In this document: positions 42,003 to 53,888 of the stretch, piece by piece
Layout: the number at the start of each line of letters is the position of its first letter
How positions within the stretch are numbered: the stretch's first letter is position 1
DNA from: Dehalococcoidia bacterium
GTDB taxonomy: Bacteria > Chloroflexota > Dehalococcoidia > Plut-88900
NCBI GenBank assembly: GCA_965197645.1
Contig: OZ240219.1
Location: 1,216,001 to 1,280,000, forward strand
Direction of reading: 5' to 3'
Length of the DNA stretch: 64,000 nucleotides
Position numbers and translations under genes: made by a program
The notes under the pieces: generated by a model
The model's input: only the letters and a program-made list of their open reading frames with translations
What the model was told of the DNA's origin: nothing
Databases searched by the model: none

Positions 42003-43658
42003 CTAAACCTCGAGGGTAATGGGTAGTATCATTGGTCTGCGTTTAGTACTCTTGAGATAGTATTTGCTCAGAGCGTGCTTGATTGAGGACTTGATAGGCT
42101 CGGCACCTGCGGTTGGCTTGGAGCCGTTTAGGGCCTCGCCCAAAACCTCCCGGGTGGCATCTATCATCGGTTTCAAGTCGGTGCCGTCCACGAAGCCGTG
42201 GGTAACTACATCCGGAGCTGAGAGGATCTCCCCCGTCTGTTTGTTTATAGCCAGGCTGACTATGACGACCCCGTCTCGAGCCAGGTCTCTCCGGTCTTGC
42301 AGCACGGTGCTGTCCAGCCCCCAAGCGCCAAGACCATCGACGTAGACCGGGCCTGCCTGAACGCGACCGGCAATGCTACCGCTGTCCGGGGTTAGCTCCA
42401 GCACGTCCCCGTCTTCCATTATGAAGACATCTTCGGGGTCGACGCCCAGAGATTCGGCCAGCTGGCCGTGAAGCACCAGGTGCCGGTACTCGCCGTGCAC
42501 GGGGACAAAGTATTGAGGCCTGGTAAGGCCGATCATCATCTTCAACTCTTCCTGGCTGGCATGGCCGTGCACGTGCACATCTTCGATCTTCTCGTAGAGA
42601 ACATTGGCGCCCTGGCGGAAGAGGTTATCGATGGTGTTCTGTATCAGAAGCTGGTTTCCCGGTATGGGGGTGGCCGAGATGACCACGGTATCGCCGGCCA
42701 CGATCTCCAGGCGTCTGTGGCCTCTGTTAGCCAACCGGGCCAGAGCGGACGACGGCTCGCCCTGGGTGCCGGTGAGGACTATGGCGACCCTGTCATGCGG
42801 CAGCGATAGTATCTCCTCCAGGCTGACTATGGTGCCCTCGGGAACGTCCAGGTAGCCCAGCCTGATGGCCATCTTGACCGTCTCCACCATGCTGCGGCCT
42901 TCGACACTCACTTTCCGGTTGTTCGCTACCGCTGCGTCGACAACCTGCTGGACACGGGACACCAGTGAGGCGAAGGTGGAGACGATGACCCGGCCCTCGG
43001 CCTTGGCCATTACCCGGTCCAGCGTATCGTCTATCTCCTTTTCAGACGGGGTGTACCCGGGTAGCTCGGCGTAGGTGGAATCCGACAGGAGGAGGAAGAC
43101 ACCCGCATCACCCAGGCTGGCGAGCTTGCCAAAATCGGATGCTCGGCCATCGACGGGGGTATGGTCGAACTTGAAGTCTCCGGTGTGTACCACCGTGCCG
43201 AGGGGGGTATCGATAGCCAGGCCCATGGCGTCCGGGATGCTGTGGCAGACCCGGAACATCTCCACCTGAAAGGCGCCCAGGTCCAATCTATCTCCCGGCC
43301 CGGCTTCCCGCAGGTCAGTGCCCTTGAGACAGCCGTGCTCCTTGAGCTTAACCGATATGAGTCCCTCGGCTAGCCGAGGAGCGTAGATCGGAGCGTCCAG
43401 ATCGGTGACTATGTAAGGCAGAGCGCCGGTGTGGTCTTCGTGCCCATGGGTGATGACTATCCCCCGGACCCTCTCCCGGTTCTCCCTCAGATACGATGCA
43501 TCCGGGACTATCAGGTCGATGCCCGGTTGGTCGGCGGCGGGGAACATAACGCCTGCGTCCACGACGATGATGTCATCATCGTACTCCAGCACCATCATGT
43601 TCTTGCCGATCTCGCCCAGGCCGCCTAGGGGGATCACTTTTAGCGCTTGTCTTGCCAT
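42003..43658 (-). CDS. rnj: Ribonuclease J
   Basis: PLGGLGEIGKN, THGHEDH, HSIPD, GDFKFD, GTQGEP, PIPGN, HVHGHA, PVHGEYRH. Confidence 0.96.
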   Translation of the reverse strand: MARQALKVIPLGGLGEIGKNMMVLEYDDDIIVVDAGVMFPAADQPGIDLIVPDASYLRENRERVRGIVITHGHEDHTGALPYIVTDLDAPIYAPRLAEGLISVKLKEHGCLKGTDLREAGPGDRLDLGAFQVEMFRVCHSIPDAMGLAIDTPLGTVVHTGDFKFDHTPVDGRASDFGKLASLGDAGVFLLLSDSTYAELPGYTPSEKEIDDTLDRVMAKAEGRVIVSTFASLVSRVQQVVDAAVANNRKVSVEGRSMVETVKMAIRLGYLDVPEGTIVSLEEILSLPHDRVAIVLTGTQGEPSSALARLANRGHRRLEIVAGDTVVISATPIPGNQLLIQNTIDNLFRQGANVLYEKIEDVHVHGHASQEELKMMIGLTRPQYFVPVHGEYRHLVLHGQLAESLGVDPEDVFIMEDGDVLELTPDSGSIAGRVQAGPVYVDGLGAWGLDSTVLQDRRDLARDGVVIVSLAINKQTGEILSAPDVVTHGFVDGTDLKPMIDATREVLGEALNGSKPTAGAEPIKSSIKHALSKYYLKSTKRRPMILPITLEV

Positions 43659-43663
43659 GGGAC

Positions 43664-44272
43664 CTAAAACATGGAGAGCTGTTCCGGCTTCTGCTCTTCC
43701 TCCACTTCCTCTGTCGGGGCCTGATCGACCTGTGCCAAGATGGCCGGTATCTTCTTCATATCCTCGATGATAGTGTTTCTCAGGGCCTGCTGGTGCAATG
43801 CGGCGGCCGGATGGTACATGGCGAAGACGGTCTGATCACCCCGGCGTTTGGCCGTGCCGTGCACCTTGCTGATAGTCTGCTTTTCGAAGTACCGAGCCAT
43901 GGAGTAGCGGCCCAGGGTCACCACCATCTTCGGTTTGATCAGCTCCAGCTGCCTGTCCAGCCAGCCGCTGCATGCCTCGATCTCATCGGGCAACGGGTCC
44001 CGGTTGCCGGGAGGCCGGCACTTGATCACGTTGGTGATATAGACGTCGGTCCGTTTCATGTCCACGGTCGCGAGCAACTCTTCGAGGAACTTGCCTGCGG
44101 GCCCCACGAAGGGCCTGGCCTGCTGGTCCTCGTAAAACCCTGGGCCTTCGCCGATGAACATGATCTCGGCGTTTTCCGGCCCCTCTCCAGGCACGGCGTA
44201 GGTCCTGCCTTGACATAACCCACACTTCTTACAGCCGGAGACTTCCTTGTGAAGTAGCTCTAACTCGGACAA
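43664..44272 (-). CDS. udg: Uracil-DNA glycosylase family 4
   Basis: CKKCGLC, GEGPG..ED, PFVGPAG, KCRPPGNR, HPAAAL; TTG 44272 after AGGAGG. Confidence 0.93.
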   Translation of the reverse strand: MSELELLHKEVSGCKKCGLCQGRTYAVPGEGPENAEIMFIGEGPGFYEDQQARPFVGPAGKFLEELLATVDMKRTDVYITNVIKCRPPGNRDPLPDEIEACSGWLDRQLELIKPKMVVTLGRYSMARYFEKQTISKVHGTAKRRGDQTVFAMYHPAAALHQQALRNTIIEDMKKIPAILAQVDQAPTEEVEEEQKPEQLSMF

Positions 44273-44280
44273 AAGCAACC

Positions 44281-44477
44281 TCCTGAGGTTAGATTCAGGA
44301 TGGGCAGCTTACTGGACCTGCTGGAGGGAAGCTGACAGACCGAGCGTATCGGACTGGGAATAGCGTCCGATACCCATAGATCAAACCCCAGACCAACGAG
44401 GAGGGATCTTCCAGTGGATGGAACAACCCTCAACATAAAACGATAGCTAGTATACACCAATGTCAGAGGTACGGCAA
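44281..44477 (-). promoter_or_regulatory. Promoter plus structured 5' leader of the udg-rnj-ftsK-accDA cluster
   Basis: TTGCCG-N17-TATACT (44477-44449) followed by four inverted repeats. Confidence 0.55.
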
Positions 44478-44578
44478 AACTGAGGCTAGGCGGTCTTGCG
44501 AAGTGGATGGACGGAGGGGATCGCGTGGAACGAGGGGACGCGCGAGTGGCACTTGATGGCTGAGACGGAAGTTATTGG

Positions 44579-44839
44579 CTAAGAGTCCTCTTCCCCGTGC
44601 TCCTTGATGTACTCGACGGCGTCATTGACGGTCAGAATCTTCTCGGCGTCCTCGTCGGATATCTCCAGCTTGTTGTCTCCATCGCTGAACTCTTCTTCCA
44701 AGGCCATTATCAGCTCAACGAGGTCCAGCGAGTCGGCGTTGAGGTCATCGACGAAGGACGCCTCGGCTACCACTTCATCCTCTTCCACTCCCAGCTGCTC
44801 GACTATAATGCTCTTCACCCTGTCATGGACTGTTGCCAT
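44579..44839 (-). CDS. acpP: Acyl carrier protein
   Basis: [21 protein letters not shown]. Confidence 0.97.
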   Translation of the reverse strand: MATVHDRVKSIIVEQLGVEEDEVVAEASFVDDLNADSLDLVELIMALEEEFSDGDNKLEISDEDAEKILTVNDAVEYIKEHGEEDS

Positions 44840-44874
44840 TTCTGTCTCCCTGCTTGTGCTCGTTGTTGTAGAGT

Positions 44875-45300
44875 CTACTTTCTCGCGGCCCCAACCACCA
44901 ACTCCGCCATCAGGCTCCCCAGCACTCCGTTCACGAATTTTGTCGAACTATCGCTCCCGAAGGACTTGGCGAGCTCCACCGCCTCGTTGGCCGCCGCCTT
45001 GGATGGTGTCTCTCTGTGGTACTTTAACTCAAAAATCGCGATGCGCAAGACGGTCCGGTCGATTATAGAGAGCTGGTCCACCGGCCAGTTGGGCGCATAC
45101 TTAGCGATCATCCGGTCTATTGGGTCCCGGTTGGCGGCCACTCCCTCGACAAGCCTGGTGGTGAACTTCAGGGCCTCCTCAGGCAGGTTGGACTCTCGCT
45201 TGTGCCGGGCTACGATTTCTTGGGCGTCGTGTCCGACGGCGTCCACCTCATAGAGGACCTGCAGGGCCTTGATTCTGGCCATATGCCGAAGACCGGGCAA
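44875..45300 (-). CDS. nusB: Transcription antitermination factor NusB
   Basis: [36 protein letters not shown]. Confidence 0.96.
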   Translation of the reverse strand: MPGLRHMARIKALQVLYEVDAVGHDAQEIVARHKRESNLPEEALKFTTRLVEGVAANRDPIDRMIAKYAPNWPVDQLSIIDRTVLRIAIFELKYHRETPSKAAANEAVELAKSFGSDSSTKFVNGVLGSLMAELVVGAARK

Positions 45301-45311
45301 CTCAACAGCTC

Positions 45312-46064
45312 CTAGGCCGACACCATGCCGCCGTCCACGGTCAGGACGTGGCCTGTGATGTAGCTGGCATCTTCCGAGGCCAGGAAGGTCACGGCTTTGG
45401 CGACGTCCTCGGGAGTGCCGAACCTCTTTAGTGGGACCTGCTGGATGACCTGCTCCTTGACCTTATCGCTCAGCTTTCGGGTCATGTCCGTGTCAATGAA
45501 ACCGGGCGCTACGGCGTTTACGGTTATGCCCCGGGATGCGACCTCTTTGGCCGTAGTCTTGGTCAGACCTATGATTCCGGCCTTGGCAGCGGCGTAGTTG
45601 GCTTGCCCGGCGTTGCCCGCGATCCCCACCACGCTAGTTATATTGATTATTCTACCCCATCTCGCCTTGATCATGGGGGACAGGACCGCGCGGGTGCAGA
45701 AAAAGGCGCCTCTGAGATTCGTCGTCAGGACATCGTCCCAGTCCTCGTCCTTCATCCTGACGAGCAGACCATCCCGGTTGATGCCGGCGTTGTTGACGAG
45801 GACGTGGATGTGCCCCAACTCTTGCAGGACCTGATCGGTCATATGGCGCACGTCCTCGGCGGAGGTCACGTCAACCGGGACGAAGGTCAAGTCCGCCCCG
45901 CTCTTCTGGACCTCTTTGGCCCTAGCCAGGGTATCGGATGAATCGCTGATACCGGCAATTACCACGGTAGCTCCGGCGGAAACCAGATCAAGCACTACGG
46001 CCTGCCCTATACCTCGGGATCCACCCGTGACGACGGCCACCTTGCCAGTTAGATCACGACTCAC
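45312..46064 (-). CDS. fabG: 3-oxoacyl-ACP reductase
   Basis: [41 protein letters not shown]. Confidence 0.96.
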   Translation of the reverse strand: MSRDLTGKVAVVTGGSRGIGQAVVLDLVSAGATVVIAGISDSSDTLARAKEVQKSGADLTFVPVDVTSAEDVRHMTDQVLQELGHIHVLVNNAGINRDGLLVRMKDEDWDDVLTTNLRGAFFCTRAVLSPMIKARWGRIINITSVVGIAGNAGQANYAAAKAGIIGLTKTTAKEVASRGITVNAVAPGFIDTDMTRKLSDKVKEQVIQQVPLKRFGTPEDVAKAVTFLASEDASYITGHVLTVDGGMVSA

Positions 46065-46104
46065 TAGTCCTGCCTTACGGAAACCTGTCCCGATGTCTCG
46101 ATAC

Positions 46105-47037
46105 CTAGGGCTGGAGCAGGTCGGTCAGGTTGAGGGTGTTAACGGAAGGGTTTATGCGCTTCACCAGGCTCGAGAGCACTTTACCGGGGCCTATCTCCAC
46201 GAAGGTGGAGACCCCGGAGCCCACCATGAACTCGATGGACTTGAGCCAGTGCACACAGTTGCATAGCTGGTACATTAGCTCGGTCTTGAGCTCTTCGGCC
46301 GAGGTAACCGGCTCGGCGGTGGTGTTGGCTATGATGGGAATCGACGCAGTTGAAAAGCTCACCGCACCTAGCGCCGTGGTCATGCCGTCTACGGTCGGCT
46401 CCATCAGGCTGGAGTGGAAAGCGGAGCCGACGTTGAGGGGTACGACCTTCTTTGCGCCCCGTGCCCTCGCCATGTCCAGGGCTGCCGGTATGTTCACTTT
46501 GGGGCCGCTGATGACGATCTGCTCGTGGGAGTTGACGTTAGAGATCTGCATGCCCGATTGCTGGCAGATATCCTCGGTCGTGCTCTCATCCAGGCCGATG
46601 ATGGCGGCCATCCCACCCGGTTGGACGGTGTTGGCCTCGTTCATAAGCCGGCCTCTTTCCCGTACCAGCTTAAGGCAGTCGGCAAACTGGAGGGCGCCCG
46701 CGGCGGCAAGGGCCGTGTATTCGCCCAGGCTATGACCTGCCAGGAAGCTGGGCTGAGGGGGAGGATGCCCAAGCTCTTCGGTGAGACAGGTGAGTCCCGC
46801 CAGGCTTGTGGTAAAGATGGCGGGCTGGGCGTTGTGGGTTAGGGTCAGCTCCTCTTCAGGGCCTTCGAAGCAGAGCTTGGTCAGGGAGAACCCCAGGACC
46901 TCGTCTGCCTCGTCGAAGATGCGTCGGGCTGAAGGATTACTCTCGTAAAGCTCCTTGCCCATTCCCACCTTCTGGGAGCCCTGTCCAGGGAAGATAAAGG
47001 CGGTCTTTTCAGAATCGATCTGGGTTGATGTAGTCAT
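46105..47037 (-). CDS. fabD: Malonyl-CoA-ACP transacylase
   Basis: FPGQGSQ, AQPAI, GHSLGEY, AFHS, EIGPGKVL. Confidence 0.96.
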   Translation of the reverse strand: MTTSTQIDSEKTAFIFPGQGSQKVGMGKELYESNPSARRIFDEADEVLGFSLTKLCFEGPEEELTLTHNAQPAIFTTSLAGLTCLTEELGHPPPQPSFLAGHSLGEYTALAAAGALQFADCLKLVRERGRLMNEANTVQPGGMAAIIGLDESTTEDICQQSGMQISNVNSHEQIVISGPKVNIPAALDMARARGAKKVVPLNVGSAFHSSLMEPTVDGMTTALGAVSFSTASIPIIANTTAEPVTSAEELKTELMYQLCNCVHWLKSIEFMVGSGVSTFVEIGPGKVLSSLVKRINPSVNTLNLTDLLQP

Positions 47038-47217
47038 TTATTCCACCTCAATTGCCTGCTGTCCGGCGTAGGTGCCGCAGGTAGGGCACGCGTGATGAGT
47101 CCGCTTCATGCTGTGGCAACGAGAGCAGGGCTCCAATGCCGGGAGACGCATCCGGGAGTGGGCGCTCCGCTTGCCTTTCCTGGCCTTGCTGGTCTTACGT
47201 TTCGGTAATGCTCCCAT
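47038..47217 (-). CDS. rpmF: 50S ribosomal protein L32
   Basis: Not in ORF track (59 aa): MGALPKRKTSKARKGKRSAH...CSRC...HHACPTCGTY... Confidence 0.97.
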   Translation of the reverse strand: MGALPKRKTSKARKGKRSAHSRMRLPALEPCSRCHSMKRTHHACPTCGTYAGQQAIEVE

Positions 47218-47239
47218 ACTGATTGTCCTCGAGTATAGC

Positions 47240-47722
47240 TTATGCGGTCTTCAAATCGGTGACGCTGCAGAGGCATTCGCCCTCGTTCAGGCTGGCCCCG
47301 CACTGAGCGCACAGGCCGGCGCAACCCTCGCGGCACAGGGGTTTCATGGGCACTCCCAGAGCGAGATATTCCCGCACCGCAGGCTCCATGTCCAACAGGT
47401 GCTGCTCGTCGATGATCAAGTCATCGGTAACCAACTCGTCCTGGAAGGGGTCGGCTCGAACCTCGGATATGGGCAGGAACTCCTCCTCCATTTTCAGTAC
47501 CTGTGACTGATGGAAACTGGTGAGACAGCGGACACAGCTGCAACTCACCCCGGCTTCCAGAACGGCGGTTACCTGTATCCCCAGATCGGTCTTCATCATC
47601 GATACAGTGCCCGTTACCCTTACCGGACCGGTGTCGGCCAGGCCTGAAATCTCCTCCTCGACCTGGTATCGCTTCACCGAGCCGGAGCGATCTTGAAGCA
47701 GCTGGGATACGTTGAACTGCAT
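47240..47722 (-). CDS. DUF177/YceD family protein
   Basis: MQFNVSQLL, CVRCL, PMKPLCREGCAGLCAQCGASLN; directly upstream of rpmF. Confidence 0.93.
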   Translation of the reverse strand: MQFNVSQLLQDRSGSVKRYQVEEEISGLADTGPVRVTGTVSMMKTDLGIQVTAVLEAGVSCSCVRCLTSFHQSQVLKMEEEFLPISEVRADPFQDELVTDDLIIDEQHLLDMEPAVREYLALGVPMKPLCREGCAGLCAQCGASLNEGECLCSVTDLKTA

Positions 47723-47881
47723 TGTGCAATATCTCACGTAGTTGCCACCGGCTATTATGGAATGCCCCGATTTTGGTGTCAAGTGGCAGCGGTTGACGCT
47801 TGACGCAGGCGATGAGTATGATTCTGTAACCGCTTCCACAGATGCTCAGTACGCCCGGTAAGTCCGGGTGGGAGGAAACCG

Positions 47882-48673
47882 ATGACTTTGAAGACAATCC
47901 TGGTCGATAGGGCCGGTCACAAAGTAACGATAACTATGAATCGACCTGAAAAGCTGAACGCCCTTAACGCCCGCATGTGCATTGAGCTCAGAGACACATT
48001 TGCAGAGCTGAAAGACGACCCGGACTTGCGGGTGTTAGTCCTGACCGGGGCGGGGAGAGGTTTCTGCTCGGGGGCGGACCTGACCCCCTCGGACGACGAT
48101 CGCGAAAACGTAGAGATCATCGAGGTGCTTCACACGCTGATACGGCTGATGCGTAACTTCACGGTCCCCATAATCGGGGCGGTGAACGGAGAGGCGGTAG
48201 GCGCCGGGTTCTCGTTATCCCTGGCTACCGACGTTCGAATCGCATCGGACCGTTCCAGGTACTCGGCAATCTTCGTGAAGCGAGCGCTGGGCGGCGACTG
48301 CGGACTGACCTATACCCTTCCCAGGACCGTAGGGCTTTCCAACGCCTTTCAGTTGTTGTACACCGGCGATATTATCGACGCGGCAGAAGCAGATAGGATC
48401 GGTTTGGTCAGCAAGGTCGTTCCCCACGACGAGCTGACGGAGACGGTGGACGGACTGGCGACGGCCATCATCAACAACGCACCCCTGGCAATCCGCGGCA
48501 TCAGGAGGGCCGTCTACTCCAACCAGGACGGCGACCTGGACTCGGCCCTGAACATGGAGTATGCCACCAATACAATGCTGAGCTTGACCGACGACTCGTA
48601 CGAAGGACGCATGGCCTTCGCGGAGAAGCGGGACCCGGTCTTTACCGGCAAGTTCAGGGACAGGGATTCCTAG
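47882..48673 (+). CDS. Enoyl-CoA hydratase/isomerase family protein
   Basis: NRPEKLNAL, GRGFCSGADL, AVNGEAVGAG, EGRMAFAEKRDP. Confidence 0.93.
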   Translation: MTLKTILVDRAGHKVTITMNRPEKLNALNARMCIELRDTFAELKDDPDLRVLVLTGAGRGFCSGADLTPSDDDRENVEIIEVLHTLIRLMRNFTVPIIGAVNGEAVGAGFSLSLATDVRIASDRSRYSAIFVKRALGGDCGLTYTLPRTVGLSNAFQLLYTGDIIDAAEADRIGLVSKVVPHDELTETVDGLATAIINNAPLAIRGIRRAVYSNQDGDLDSALNMEYATNTMLSLTDDSYEGRMAFAEKRDPVFTGKFRDRDS

Positions 48674-48786
48674 GACGAAGCACCACGCCCACCACCGGCC
48701 CTCCAACGGAAACGGACGGTTGCGTCACCGGACCGGGACTCGCCATAAAGAGAAAGAGGCCCTCTTTGCTATAATGGCAAGCGGCC

Positions 48787-49815
<1,029 letters not shown>

Positions 49816-49895
49816 GGACGAAGGGACTGGCCCGATGGGCCGCTTTCGTTGCATAATCTCTTTGCATCATTCCGGACCGGAAGGAGAAGCATAGT

Positions 49896-50237
49896 TTGGG
49901 GTTACTTTTCAAACTGTTTACCCTGATAGGAACTTTGGTAATCATCGGCGTTAGCTTGGTGGGGCTCGGTGTTCTGTACCTGTGGTGGCGAGACCGGCAG
50001 TGGGAGGATGAGATCTACCGGACCGGCCAGTACCCCGAGGAGGCATCGAAACCTCAACCAACGCCCACGGTGGCGGCCAAGACCGAGCCCTCTCCCACCG
50101 AGGCGACCAAGCCTACCACTGCACAAGCCTCCGTCCCGGAGGCGACCAAGCAGGCCGCCGTAGCGGCGGAGGTAGACGGAAACGAGCCAGCCGAAGATAC
50201 CGCATCATCCAAGGGTAAGTCTCAAGCTAAGCAGTAG
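49896..50237 (+). CDS. Hypothetical membrane-anchored protein with P/T/A-rich tail
   Basis: N-terminal TM segment; AGGAG RBS upstream of TTG. Confidence 0.6.
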   Translation: MGLLFKLFTLIGTLVIIGVSLVGLGVLYLWWRDRQWEDEIYRTGQYPEEASKPQPTPTVAAKTEPSPTEATKPTTAQASVPEATKQAAVAAEVDGNEPAEDTASSKGKSQAKQ

Positions 50238-50281
50238 GCTTCCTTACCGGCCAGGGCTTGACCGTTCGGCCGAAGCCGCCA

Positions 50282-52090
50282 TCACTCGGGGAAGCCGTCG
50301 CCCTTCTGACTCTGTTGTGACATCCGGTACAGGCGGGCGTATACCCCATCCTTCCGGAGCAGCTGTTCGTGGGTGCCCTCTTCCACGATCCGCCCGTCCT
50401 CTATAGCGATGATCCTCGAAGCGTTTCGGATCGTGGATAGCCTGTGGGCGATAACCAACGACGTGCGGCCCTGCAGCAGCTGTCCCAGCGCCTGTTGAAT
50501 TAGCACCTCGGTCTGAGTATCGATGTTGGCCGTGGCCTCGTCGAGGACCAGCACCCGGGGATCGGCCAGGATGGCCCTAGCGAAGCTGATTAGCTGGCGC
50601 TGGCCGGTGCTGAAGTTCAGGCCCCTCTCCTGGAGCATGGTGTCATAGCCGTTGGGCAGGTTCTCTACGAACTGGTCCGCGCCCACAGCCTCGGCAGCGG
50701 CCCTTATCTCATCGTCGGTGGCGTCCAGGCGTCCATAGCGGATGTTCTCCCTCACCGTCCCCGTGAAGAGGATCGGGTCCTGGAGTACGATAGCGATATG
50801 GCTGGTCAATGATTTCCTGGTGACCTTGTTGACGTCCTTGCCATCGAAGGTAATTCGACCGTCGTGTACTTCGTAGAGGCGGGGCAGCAGGCTTACCAAG
50901 GTGCTCTTGCCGCCGCCCGTGGGGCCTACCACGGCCACCGTCTCTCCGGGGGCAACGGTAAGGTTCACGTCCCGGAGCACGGGTATGCCTTCTATGTAGC
51001 TGAAGTTTACGTTCTCGAATCGGACCTCGCCCCTGACGGACCGGAGCTCCTCAGCGTCGGGGGCGTCTACTATGTCGGCCTTGACGTCCAGAAGCTCGAA
51101 AATGCGGATGCCGGAGGCCATGGCCCTCTGTATCTCCGTGTACTCGATGGCAAGGTTCCGAACGGGGTCGAAGAAGCGAAGGATATACAGGGCAAAGGCT
51201 ACCAGGGTGCTAATCTCCAGATCCCCGCCCAAGGCCCGGTTACCGCCAAAGATGATGACCAGGGCGATGGCCAGAGCGCTGAGCAGCTCTACGACAGGCA
51301 TTATGCCCGCCGAAAGGCGGCTGGCGAGAATGTTGGAGCGCATGTGGCGCCGGTTGAGTTGATCGAACTTTTCCATGTTCAGCTCTTCCCTACCCATGCT
51401 CTGGACCACCCTGACCCCTGAGATGTTCTCTTGGAGCCCCGAGTTGACCGCGGATATGGCCCTTCTGACCCTCAAGAAGGCATGCCGGGCGAACCCCTGC
51501 CAGTAGAAAAGAGCGAAGATCAGGACCGGTATCACCGCCAGGGTTATCAGCCCCAGTTGGAGGTCCATCAGGAGCAGCGCCCCCACCACGCCTACCAGCA
51601 CCAGCAGGTCGCCGGCGGAGAGAATACCCTCGGTCAGGAACTGCTCTAGCTGGAGCACGTCGCCTTGGGCCCGAGACATGATGCGCCCGACCTCGTTGCG
51701 ATCGTAGAAATTGAGGGACAGTCGTTGGAGGTGACCAAATACGCGGATGCGTAGAGCGTACAGTACCCCCTGTCCCACCTTGGCCATGAAGACCAGCTGA
51801 AGCCAGTTGGTGGCATACCCGAGAACCGCGTTGACGGCAAAGACTAGGGCGATCCAGTTGAGATCGCTCATGTTGCCCCCGGTAACGGCGCCTATCCCCA
51901 GGGATATAAGCCAGGGCGCGGCCACCAGAGTACCGGTGTAGACCACCATGCTGATCAGTGCGATGGTGACCTGCAGCTTGTAAGGCCCAAGGAAGGGCAC
52001 CATGCGGGATGCCACTCGATGGTCGTATACGGCCCCATACGGATCGCCTTCATCCAGCCGGACGGTCTTGGCGCCGGAGGAGAGTTGCAT
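50282..52090 (-). CDS. Heterodimeric ABC exporter subunit (TMD+NBD, consensus Walker B and H-switch)
   Basis: GPTGGGKST, FSTGQRQ, LDEATA, IAHRLS. Confidence 0.95.
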   Translation of the reverse strand: MQLSSGAKTVRLDEGDPYGAVYDHRVASRMVPFLGPYKLQVTIALISMVVYTGTLVAAPWLISLGIGAVTGGNMSDLNWIALVFAVNAVLGYATNWLQLVFMAKVGQGVLYALRIRVFGHLQRLSLNFYDRNEVGRIMSRAQGDVLQLEQFLTEGILSAGDLLVLVGVVGALLLMDLQLGLITLAVIPVLIFALFYWQGFARHAFLRVRRAISAVNSGLQENISGVRVVQSMGREELNMEKFDQLNRRHMRSNILASRLSAGIMPVVELLSALAIALVIIFGGNRALGGDLEISTLVAFALYILRFFDPVRNLAIEYTEIQRAMASGIRIFELLDVKADIVDAPDAEELRSVRGEVRFENVNFSYIEGIPVLRDVNLTVAPGETVAVVGPTGGGKSTLVSLLPRLYEVHDGRITFDGKDVNKVTRKSLTSHIAIVLQDPILFTGTVRENIRYGRLDATDDEIRAAAEAVGADQFVENLPNGYDTMLQERGLNFSTGQRQLISFARAILADPRVLVLDEATANIDTQTEVLIQQALGQLLQGRTSLVIAHRLSTIRNASRIIAIEDGRIVEEGTHEQLLRKDGVYARLYRMSQQSQKGDGFPE

Positions 52091-52091
52091 G

Positions 52092-53888
52092 CTAGCCTTC
52101 CGCTCCGCCCGCGGGCGACCTTAGCGAGGAGAAAGTGGGGGAATGGGCCGGTTGGTGTGGCTCTTCCTGGTGCCTGAATTGGAGATCGTAGATCTGAGTG
52201 TAGATGCCGCCTTTGGCCAGAAGCTCGGAGTGGGTGCCCCGCTCGGCGATGCGTCCCTTGTCCAGGACCAGCACCAGGTCGGCATTTCTAACCGTACTCA
52301 ACCGTTGGGCGATGATAAACGTGGTCCGCCCCTTGATCAGCTCTTTCAAGGCCTCCTGGATCAACATCTCCGTCTCGGTGTCTACGCTGGCGGTTGAATC
52401 GTCCAGGATCAGTATCCTGGGGTCCATCAGCAGGGTCCTGGCAATGGTGACCCGCTGCTTCTGCCCGCCGGAAAGGGTAATGCCCCTTTCGCCGACGCGG
52501 GTCTGGTAGCCATCCGGGGTGGAATCGATGAAATCCTTCAGACGGGCCGCTTCCGCCGCTCTCTCTATATCCTCCATGGTGGCTTCCTGGGCGCCGTAGG
52601 CTAGGTTCTCCTTCAGGGTATCCGCAAAGAGGAACACCTCCTGCTGCACTATTCCTACGGCACGCCGGAGAGAATTAAGCGTAACGTCCCGTATGTCCAC
52701 ACCGTCGATGGTTATCGAACCCTGGTTGACGTCGTAGAACCGGGGTACCAGGTGGACGATGGTCGTCTTGCCGCTGCCGGTGGCCCCAAGAAGGGCTACC
52801 ACCTGCCCGGGTTCCACCTGGAAGCTGATGTCCGATAGGGCCGGATCGACGCTATCGTAGCCGAAGTGGACGTTATTGAAGGCTACCCGACCCCTGACGT
52901 TCTCCAGAGATCTGGCGGAGGGACGTTCCTCGACGGGGGAGACCGCATCTAGGATCTGGAATATCCGCTCCGCCGACGAGGCCGCCCTGGAAAAGAGGGT
53001 GATCATCCAGCCGGATATTCGTATCGGCATGGCGAGCATCGCCAGGTATAGGAAGAATTCGGTCAACTCTCCGGGGCTCAGGTTGCCGGACATGACGTCC
53101 CGCCCGCCGAACCACAGAATCGCACAGGTGAGTAGGGCGAACACCAGGTAGATGAAGGGACCTTGTGTGGCGTGCAGCTTGGCGGCTACGATATTTTCAT
53201 CCGCCAGCTCTACGGACTTGGCCCGGAACTTGTCGTTTTCATACTCTTCTCGGGAGAAGGCCCGTACCACCATCACCGACGACAGGTTCTCCTGCATGAC
53301 GGCGCCGAGATCGCCGGTCATGGCCTGGATCCTTCGATATATGACCCGCATCTTCCGGCTGATCAGCGTTGCTCGAACTATCAGAAAGGGCAGCGAAACC
53401 AGGGCGATCAGACCCAGCGTCCAACTAGTGGTGATCAGCAAGGCGCTGATGGCTCCCAGCAGCAGTACCAAGTACAGAGAGCGTATCAGCCCGAAGCTGA
53501 TGAACCACCTGATCGATTCTATGTCCGCCGTCGCCCTGGACATGAGTTGCCCGGTCTGCTGCTTGTCGTGGTAGGCGTAGCTCATGCGCTGCAGGTGGTT
53601 GTAGAAGGCATTCCTAAGATCGTAGGCGACCTTGTGGGATATCATCTCTCCGAAAAACCTCTGTGAGTAGAGGAACACGGCGTGCGCCATGCTGAAGAGA
53701 AACACGCCTGTCGCTGCAAATACCAGAAACGAAAATGCGTCTTTTTCCAGGATCTTGTCGATGGAGGTGCCCAGCAGGCGTGGCATCGCCAGGGATGCAA
53801 GGGTAGAGAGGACGAGAGCCGCGTAGGCGATTAAGACGTATTTTTTGTGGGGCCTGACGAAGCCCATCAGGCGTAGGATGTGTCTCAT
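52092..53888 (-). CDS. Heterodimeric ABC exporter subunit (degenerate NBD, TM287-like)
   Basis: GATGSGKT, LSGGQKQR, LDDSTA (E->D), IAQRLS (H->Q). Confidence 0.95.
   Translation of the reverse strand: MRHILRLMGFVRPHKKYVLIAYAALVLSTLASLAMPRLLGTSIDKILEKDAFSFLVFAATGVFLFSMAHAVFLYSQRFFGEMISHKVAYDLRNAFYNHLQRMSYAYHDKQQTGQLMSRATADIESIRWFISFGLIRSLYLVLLLGAISALLITTSWTLGLIALVSLPFLIVRATLISRKMRVIYRRIQAMTGDLGAVMQENLSSVMVVRAFSREEYENDKFRAKSVELADENIVAAKLHATQGPFIYLVFALLTCAILWFGGRDVMSGNLSPGELTEFFLYLAMLAMPIRISGWMITLFSRAASSAERIFQILDAVSPVEERPSARSLENVRGRVAFNNVHFGYDSVDPALSDISFQVEPGQVVALLGATGSGKTTIVHLVPRFYDVNQGSITIDGVDIRDVTLNSLRRAVGIVQQEVFLFADTLKENLAYGAQEATMEDIERAAEAARLKDFIDSTPDGYQTRVGERGITLSGGQKQRVTIARTLLMDPRILILDDSTASVDTETEMLIQEALKELIKGRTTFIIAQRLSTVRNADLVLVLDKGRIAERGTHSELLAKGGIYTQIYDLQFRHQEEPHQPAHSPTFSSLRSPAGGAEG

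Noticed and set aside
44579-47722. nusB inside the fab cluster, with plsX/fabH absent
   Set aside because: A similar order is known to me from Dehalococcoidia, and the missing genes may lie elsewhere in the genome.
50282-53888. Degenerate ABC motifs as a sign of pseudogenisation
   Set aside because: The asymmetric pattern is the normal TM287/288-type heterodimer arrangement.
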